The notes beneath the pieces were generated by a model. It had not been told where the DNA came from, made no database searches, and was given only the letters and a program-made list of their open reading frames with translations. The position numbers and the translations under genes were made by a program. Source: an uncultured Planctomycetota bacterium (GTDB taxonomy: Bacteria; Planctomycetota; PLA2; JAEUHO01). Taken from it: 64,000 nucleotides of DNA. Position 1 is the first letter of the stretch. The number at the start of each line of letters is the position of its first letter. Location of the stretch: positions 640,001-704,000 of the forward strand of contig CAVVXN010000005.1 of assembly GCA_963752285.1 (NCBI GenBank), written 5' to 3'. This document shows, in pieces, positions 61,018 to 64,000 of the stretch.

Positions 61018-62508
61018 TCACGGAGGCGTGATGCCCGCCACGAACGTCGCGGCCGTCGGGTCGGGCGCGACCACGGACAGGTCGGCGGCCTGCACGCCGG
61101 GCAGCGTCGCGTCGAGATCCTGTTGGTAGACGTCGTTCAGGTCCCAGAGCCACGTGGCGAGCGTGTCGTTGTCGAAGAGCGCGAGGAACCGTGGCCCCGT
61201 GCGATACGTCGCCAGCGCGACGAGCGCCGTCGGCGCGGGGTTCGCGCCGGCCGTCTCCGTCGAGACCTCGAGGGGCGTCGGGTCGAGCACGTAGTTCCTC
61301 GTCCGGCGTACCAGGGCGTGGCCCCCTGTGAACCCGGAGAGCCCCTCGAGGAGCCAGAGCCCGTCCGGCGTGACCAGCACGTCCTCCGGCCGGCCGGGGA
61401 TCGTCGAGGGGCTCTCGCCGTAGATGAGACGCGTGGCGGCCTGCACCGCGGAGAGGCTGGCCGTCGGCGACGGGAGGTTCGCGACGAACGCCAGCGTGCT
61501 CCAGGTCGCGATCGCGCCCACCCCGTTCGGGACCGGCAGGCCGTCCACGCCGGGCCCGGGGCCGAGGTCGGTCTCGAGGAACGTGGGGATGTCGATCGCG
61601 CAGAAGAGGTCCTCCGTGGCCGTCGTGCAGGTCACGAAGAGCAGGTTGCCCGCGGACCCGAGGGCGATGCCCACCGGCGCGGTGGCGGGACCGGCCGGCG
61701 GCGAGAGGACGACCGAGCCGACCTCGACGCCCGTCGTCGTGTCCACGGCGGCGACGCGGACCTGCCCGAGCGCCTCGTCGCGGAACGCCGCGTACACGCG
61801 GTCGTGTTCCCGGCCCAGCGCGATCGTGGACCGCGCGGTGACCAGGTCGCCCCCGCCCGTCGTGAGCGCGATCGTCGTCATCGAGGCGTCGCCGGGGGCG
61901 AACCAGGCGAGAGCGTGGCCGTCGCCGCCGCCCGAGTCGAGCTCGGTCCACACGCGCACGGTGGAGCCGACCTCGGTGCCCTCGAGGCCGATCGGCGCCC
62001 GTCCGCCCGGCGTCGCGGTCACGCCGAGCTCGGTGAACGACGTCGGGTCGAGCTCGACCACCGCGCTCCGCGCGCGCGAGGCGACGAAGAGGTTCGAGCC
62101 CGAGCCGAACCCGTACGTGAACCAGTCGTCCTCGAGACGGTAGTGGCCCTCGGCGTTGGCCTCCAGGCCCGCGCCGACGCGCAGCTGGAAGGGTCCGGGC
62201 ACGAGGTACACGCTGGGATCGCGGCGGACCCGGATCAGCGTCGGGTCGTCGGGGTCGAGCGAGGGAAGCATCGGGTAGGTGCCGCGCGCGTCCGCCCCGC
62301 TCACCGCGTACGGGTCGAGGATGCGCACCGGCGCGTCGTAGCGGAGGAGGAACTCGTCCACCACGTTGTCGAGCTGGGTGTCCGGCGGGGGGTAGACCGA
62401 GACGATCACCGGGCGGTGGTTGGCCGAGCCCGTCCCGCACGACGCGACGGGAAGGACGGCGAACCCGAACACGATGGCCAGGCCCACGGTGCGGACGATC
62501 GATCGCAT
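61018..62508 (-). CDS. Lipoprotein with Ig-like (Big_5-like) and YncE-like beta-propeller domains
   Basis: Lipobox VASC, PVIVSVYPP Ig start, blades with PIGL/PVGIAL/PEDVLVTPDG. Confidence 0.75.
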   Translation of the reverse strand: MRSIVRTVGLAIVFGFAVLPVASCGTGSANHRPVIVSVYPPPDTQLDNVVDEFLLRYDAPVRILDPYAVSGADARGTYPMLPSLDPDDPTLIRVRRDPSVYLVPGPFQLRVGAGLEANAEGHYRLEDDWFTYGFGSGSNLFVASRARSAVVELDPTSFTELGVTATPGGRAPIGLEGTEVGSTVRVWTELDSGGGDGHALAWFAPGDASMTTIALTTGGGDLVTARSTIALGREHDRVYAAFRDEALGQVRVAAVDTTTGVEVGSVVLSPPAGPATAPVGIALGSAGNLLFVTCTTATEDLFCAIDIPTFLETDLGPGPGVDGLPVPNGVGAIATWSTLAFVANLPSPTASLSAVQAATRLIYGESPSTIPGRPEDVLVTPDGLWLLEGLSGFTGGHALVRRTRNYVLDPTPLEVSTETAGANPAPTALVALATYRTGPRFLALFDNDTLATWLWDLNDVYQQDLDATLPGVQAADLSVVAPDPTAATFVAGITPP

Positions 62509-62531
62509 GAGGCGGTGCGTTCCCTTGGTGC

Positions 62532-63323
62532 TCAGAAGCGCGTCACGGCGACGAGGAGGAGCGCGGCGACGACGAGACTTCCCCAGCGCGCGACCGGGAG
62601 AAGGGAGCCGCGCGCGTCGAGGAGGGGCGCGAGGAAGCGCGGCGCGCGGTCCACGCCCGGTCGTGCGTGCCGGGAGAGCCCCACCCACGCGTCGAGCAGC
62701 CCGACCGCGGCCACGAGCACGAGGCCGAGGAGGATCCGGTCGAGGAGGCAGGCGAGCGCGAGCACGCCGAGCCGGTCGGCGCGCAGCCACAGTCCGCGCG
62801 GCCCGGCGTCACCGCGCGCGCCGTCGAGGGTCGGGAGCCAGGCGACGAGCAGCAGGACGAGCAGAGCGAGCAGCGCGAGGGCGTCCGACGACGCGTTCGC
62901 GGCCCGTGCGACCAGCCCGCCCGCTACGAGGAGGTCCACGGCCGGTGCGAGCACGAACGCGAGGGCGGCGCCGGTCCCGGTCGCCTCCGGTCTCGCGAGA
63001 GAGAGCTCGGACAGGAGCAGGGCGGCGAGCGCAAACCCGCCGGCGAGCCGGGGGTGCCCGAGGAGCAGGAGCACGCCCGCCAGGCCGGCGACGGCGACCG
63101 CGGTGCTCGCGAGCGGGCCCGGGCCGAGGCCGCGCGCGGCGAGGAACGACGCCACCCGCCGTGCCCAGGCCGCCGCCGCCGGGTCCTTCGCGGCTCCCGC
63201 GCCGTCGGCCTCCGGGGCGGGCGGCCGGGCGCCGGCCGTCGGCGCGACCCCGGACGTGGCGCCGGGGGCGCCGCCGGAGGCGGGCCCGGGCACGGACTCC
63301 GGGACGTGGAGCTCCTCTCCCAT
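62532..63323 (-). CDS. Membrane protein resembling a degenerate CDP-alcohol phosphatidyltransferase
   Basis: ARRVASFLAARGLGP N-helix, LAR....G AL...D spacing and GLWLRADR, but the catalytic aspartates are missing. Confidence 0.55.
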   Translation of the reverse strand: MGEELHVPESVPGPASGGAPGATSGVAPTAGARPPAPEADGAGAAKDPAAAAWARRVASFLAARGLGPGPLASTAVAVAGLAGVLLLLGHPRLAGGFALAALLLSELSLARPEATGTGAALAFVLAPAVDLLVAGGLVARAANASSDALALLALLVLLLVAWLPTLDGARGDAGPRGLWLRADRLGVLALACLLDRILLGLVLVAAVGLLDAWVGLSRHARPGVDRAPRFLAPLLDARGSLLPVARWGSLVVAALLLVAVTRF

Positions 63324-63433
63324 GGCGGACAGCATAGCCGTGGCCCCCCGGCGCCGCCTGGAGGGTCTCGAGCCCCCGCGACCCGCGGGGGGACGGTAGG
63401 GGTTGGGTCGTGACGCCCAGGGAGGTGACGGCG

Positions 63434-64000
63434 ATGCGCGTGGCGGCCCGGATCGAGCGAATGGGGACGGAGGCGGCGTTCCGGGTGTTCACCCGCGCCC
63501 GGGAGCTCGAGGCGGCGGGGATGGACGTCATCCACCTCGAGATGGGTCAGCCCGACTTCCCGACGCCCGCCCACGTCGTCGAGGCGGGCATCCAGGCGCT
63601 CCGCGAGGGGCGGACCGGGTACACCCCCGCGGCCGGACTTCCGGAGCTCCGCGAGGCGATCGCGAGGGACGCCTCCCGTCGGCGGGGCGTGTCGTTCGAG
63701 CCGGAACAGGTGGTCGTGTGCCCGGGTGGGAAGCCCGTCATCTTCTTCGCGTTCCTCGCGCTGGTCGAGGCCGGCGACGAGGTCGTCCTCCCCGACCCCG
63801 GTTTCCCGATCTTCGCGTCCATGGCCGACGCGGTCGGCGCCACGAAGCGGACGTACCCGGCGGGCACCGGCGCGCGCGGACGGCCGGGGCTCGACCGGCT
63901 CGCCGCGGCGGTGAACGAGAAGACGAGCCTCGTCGTACTGAACAGTCCGGGGAACCCCACGGGCGTCGTCCACAGGCCGGACGAGATCCGGCGCATCGCC
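63434..64000 (+). CDS. PLP-dependent aminotransferase class I/II (aspartate aminotransferase-like), 3'-partial
   Basis: GGAGG SD; IHLEMGQPDFPTP, YTPAAGLPELREAIA, PGGK, GDEVVLPDPGF, LNSPGNPTG. Absent from the ORF track because it runs off the window. Confidence 0.92.
   Translation, partial: MRVAARIERMGTEAAFRVFTRARELEAAGMDVIHLEMGQPDFPTPAHVVEAGIQALREGRTGYTPAAGLPELREAIARDASRRRGVSFEPEQVVVCPGGKPVIFFAFLALVEAGDEVVLPDPGFPIFASMADAVGATKRTYPAGTGARGRPGLDRLAAAVNEKTSLVVLNSPGNPTGVVHRPDEIRRIA

Overview
A very GC-rich bacterial chromosome segment; the PEP-CTERM, DUF1579, WD40/TPR, LolC/E-LolD and many lipoprotein genes suggest a diderm, possibly Planctomycetota (inference). It holds about 55 real CDSs, tRNA-Leu(CAA), tRNA-Ala(GGC) and a cobalamin riboswitch. 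I see no CRISPR array, transposase or prophage, and most long ORFs in the supplied track are GC-driven antisense or shadow frames. Highlights: (1) a stand-alone rplC (uL3) outside the S10 operon, with its own predicted promoter and a divergent peptidyl-transferase-proximal loop; (2) a sigma54 module with three near-identical -24/-12 sites, a shared candidate enhancer, a pseudo-histidine kinase, a hybrid kinase, an NtrC-type regulator and unknown target proteins; (3) a B12 riboswitch heading an uncharacterised lipoprotein gene just upstream of an nfeD-nfeD-floA operon; (4) a fabH that appears to need an ATC start codon; (5) a tandem-domain protein with a histone-H1-like tail; (6) a heme-motif TolB/TPR lipoprotein split by a homopolymer frameshift; (7) repeated leaderless-gene architecture. 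Start codons were refined by eye and no database searches were run.
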